Shown here: positions 63,538-64,000 of the stretch, piece by piece | How positions within the stretch are numbered: the stretch's first letter is position 1 | Layout: the number at the start of each line of letters is the position of its first letter | Notes under the pieces: generated by a model | Told to the model about the DNA's origin: nothing | Seen by the model: the letters and a program-made list of their open reading frames with translations, nothing else | The model's database searches: none | Source: Bacillota bacterium | GTDB taxonomy: Bacteria > Bacillota > Clostridia > Peptostreptococcales > Anaerovoracaceae | Assembly (NCBI GenBank): GCA_029101005.1 | Contig: JAQXQE010000015.1 | Coordinates: 58,720-122,719, forward strand | Reading direction: 5' to 3' | Length of the DNA stretch: 64,000 nucleotides | Program-made: the position numbers and the translations under genes

Positions 63538-64000
63538 GAATTACCATTCGTTAATGAACTCGTCAATCTTTAGCTCCGTCAGAGAAATTCTGTGACTCGA
63601 AGTAAACACGAACTGCTGAATAATGGCACATTTGATAGACAAAAAAAAGAGGACCAGCTCTGCGGGCAATGTCATTAAGTTAAGATGACATGTTATGTCA
63701 GCAATGAGAAATACGGCACATTCACATGATGAACAATCATGCGGATGTGCCATTTTCGTATGGACGTTAATATAAGAGATTTTTCGTGAACGCAAAACAC
63801 AGCATGCAATCGATACATGCTTAAATCTAGCGTATATTTACTGCGTCTTTAAGCCCGTCTACAATGGGGTTATCCCGAATTACATCCCAAGGGCAAAAAA
63901 CACTTCAGGATTAATGCGAAAGAAGACAGATTATGATAATCTGTAAGCGAAGCTGATCACAGAACTAAATAGCCTTTCGCGGTTTCGTTGTCGGTCGGGG

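Noticed and set aside
63541-63795. 84-aa minus-strand ORF near the window end
   Set aside because: It has a non-ATG start and no SD before either candidate start. The frame spans a long hairpin, and no motif was recognised.
63990-64000. Terminal GGTCGGGG as the possible 5' end of tmRNA (ssrA)
   Set aside because: Only four G residues are visible at the window edge. There is no smpB nearby, so nothing can be concluded.

Overview
The window is a 64-kb chromosomal segment from a low-GC Firmicute. Gene order and protein sequences look Clostridia/Lachnospiraceae-like; no taxonomy search was possible. Most of it is densely packed housekeeping genes in long co-directional blocks. From 1-14.5 kb (+) lie a tsaD-like gene, xseAB, ispA, dxs, tlyA, mutSL, miaA, a Xer-type recombinase, a ynbB-like gene, ybaK and a YneA-like SOS gene. 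From 20.5-42 kb (-) lie ruvX, alaS, comEA, obg, rpmA, rplU, recA, cinA, pgsA, rimO, ftsK, uppP, rpmF, tmcAL, coaD, rsmD, recG, an asp23-family gene and rpmB. From 42-49.6 kb (+) lie a membrane-anchored hypothetical, a pyridoxal kinase, a very large PBP1A and an SNF transporter. From 49.8-63.4 kb (-) lie NUDIX, nhaC, an Fe-S aldo/keto reductase, a permease, gtrA, then a complete Pho cluster (pstSCAB-phoU, an NptA-type Na/Pi transporter, a PhoPR-like two-component system) and a CDP-alcohol phosphatidyltransferase. The clearly accessory part is a six-gene minus-strand operon at 15.1-20.5 kb. It is built around a bacterial chalcone isomerase homolog and a LysR regulator, and also carries a flavodoxin-like FMN reductase, two small polytopic membrane proteins and an uncharacterised LVIVD beta-propeller. 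This is the best candidate for a not-yet-described flavonoid-transforming or uptake system. Other points of interest are a YneA-like gene behind three LexA boxes, a receiver-less Spo0A C-terminal-domain protein, an L21 with a C-terminal helix-extended-helix tail, two arrays of PhoP-type direct repeats, and an unassigned ORF-poor region at the 3' end. No rRNA, tRNA, CRISPR array, transposase or prophage was recognised. All calls rest on reading the supplied translations and DNA by eye; no searches were run.
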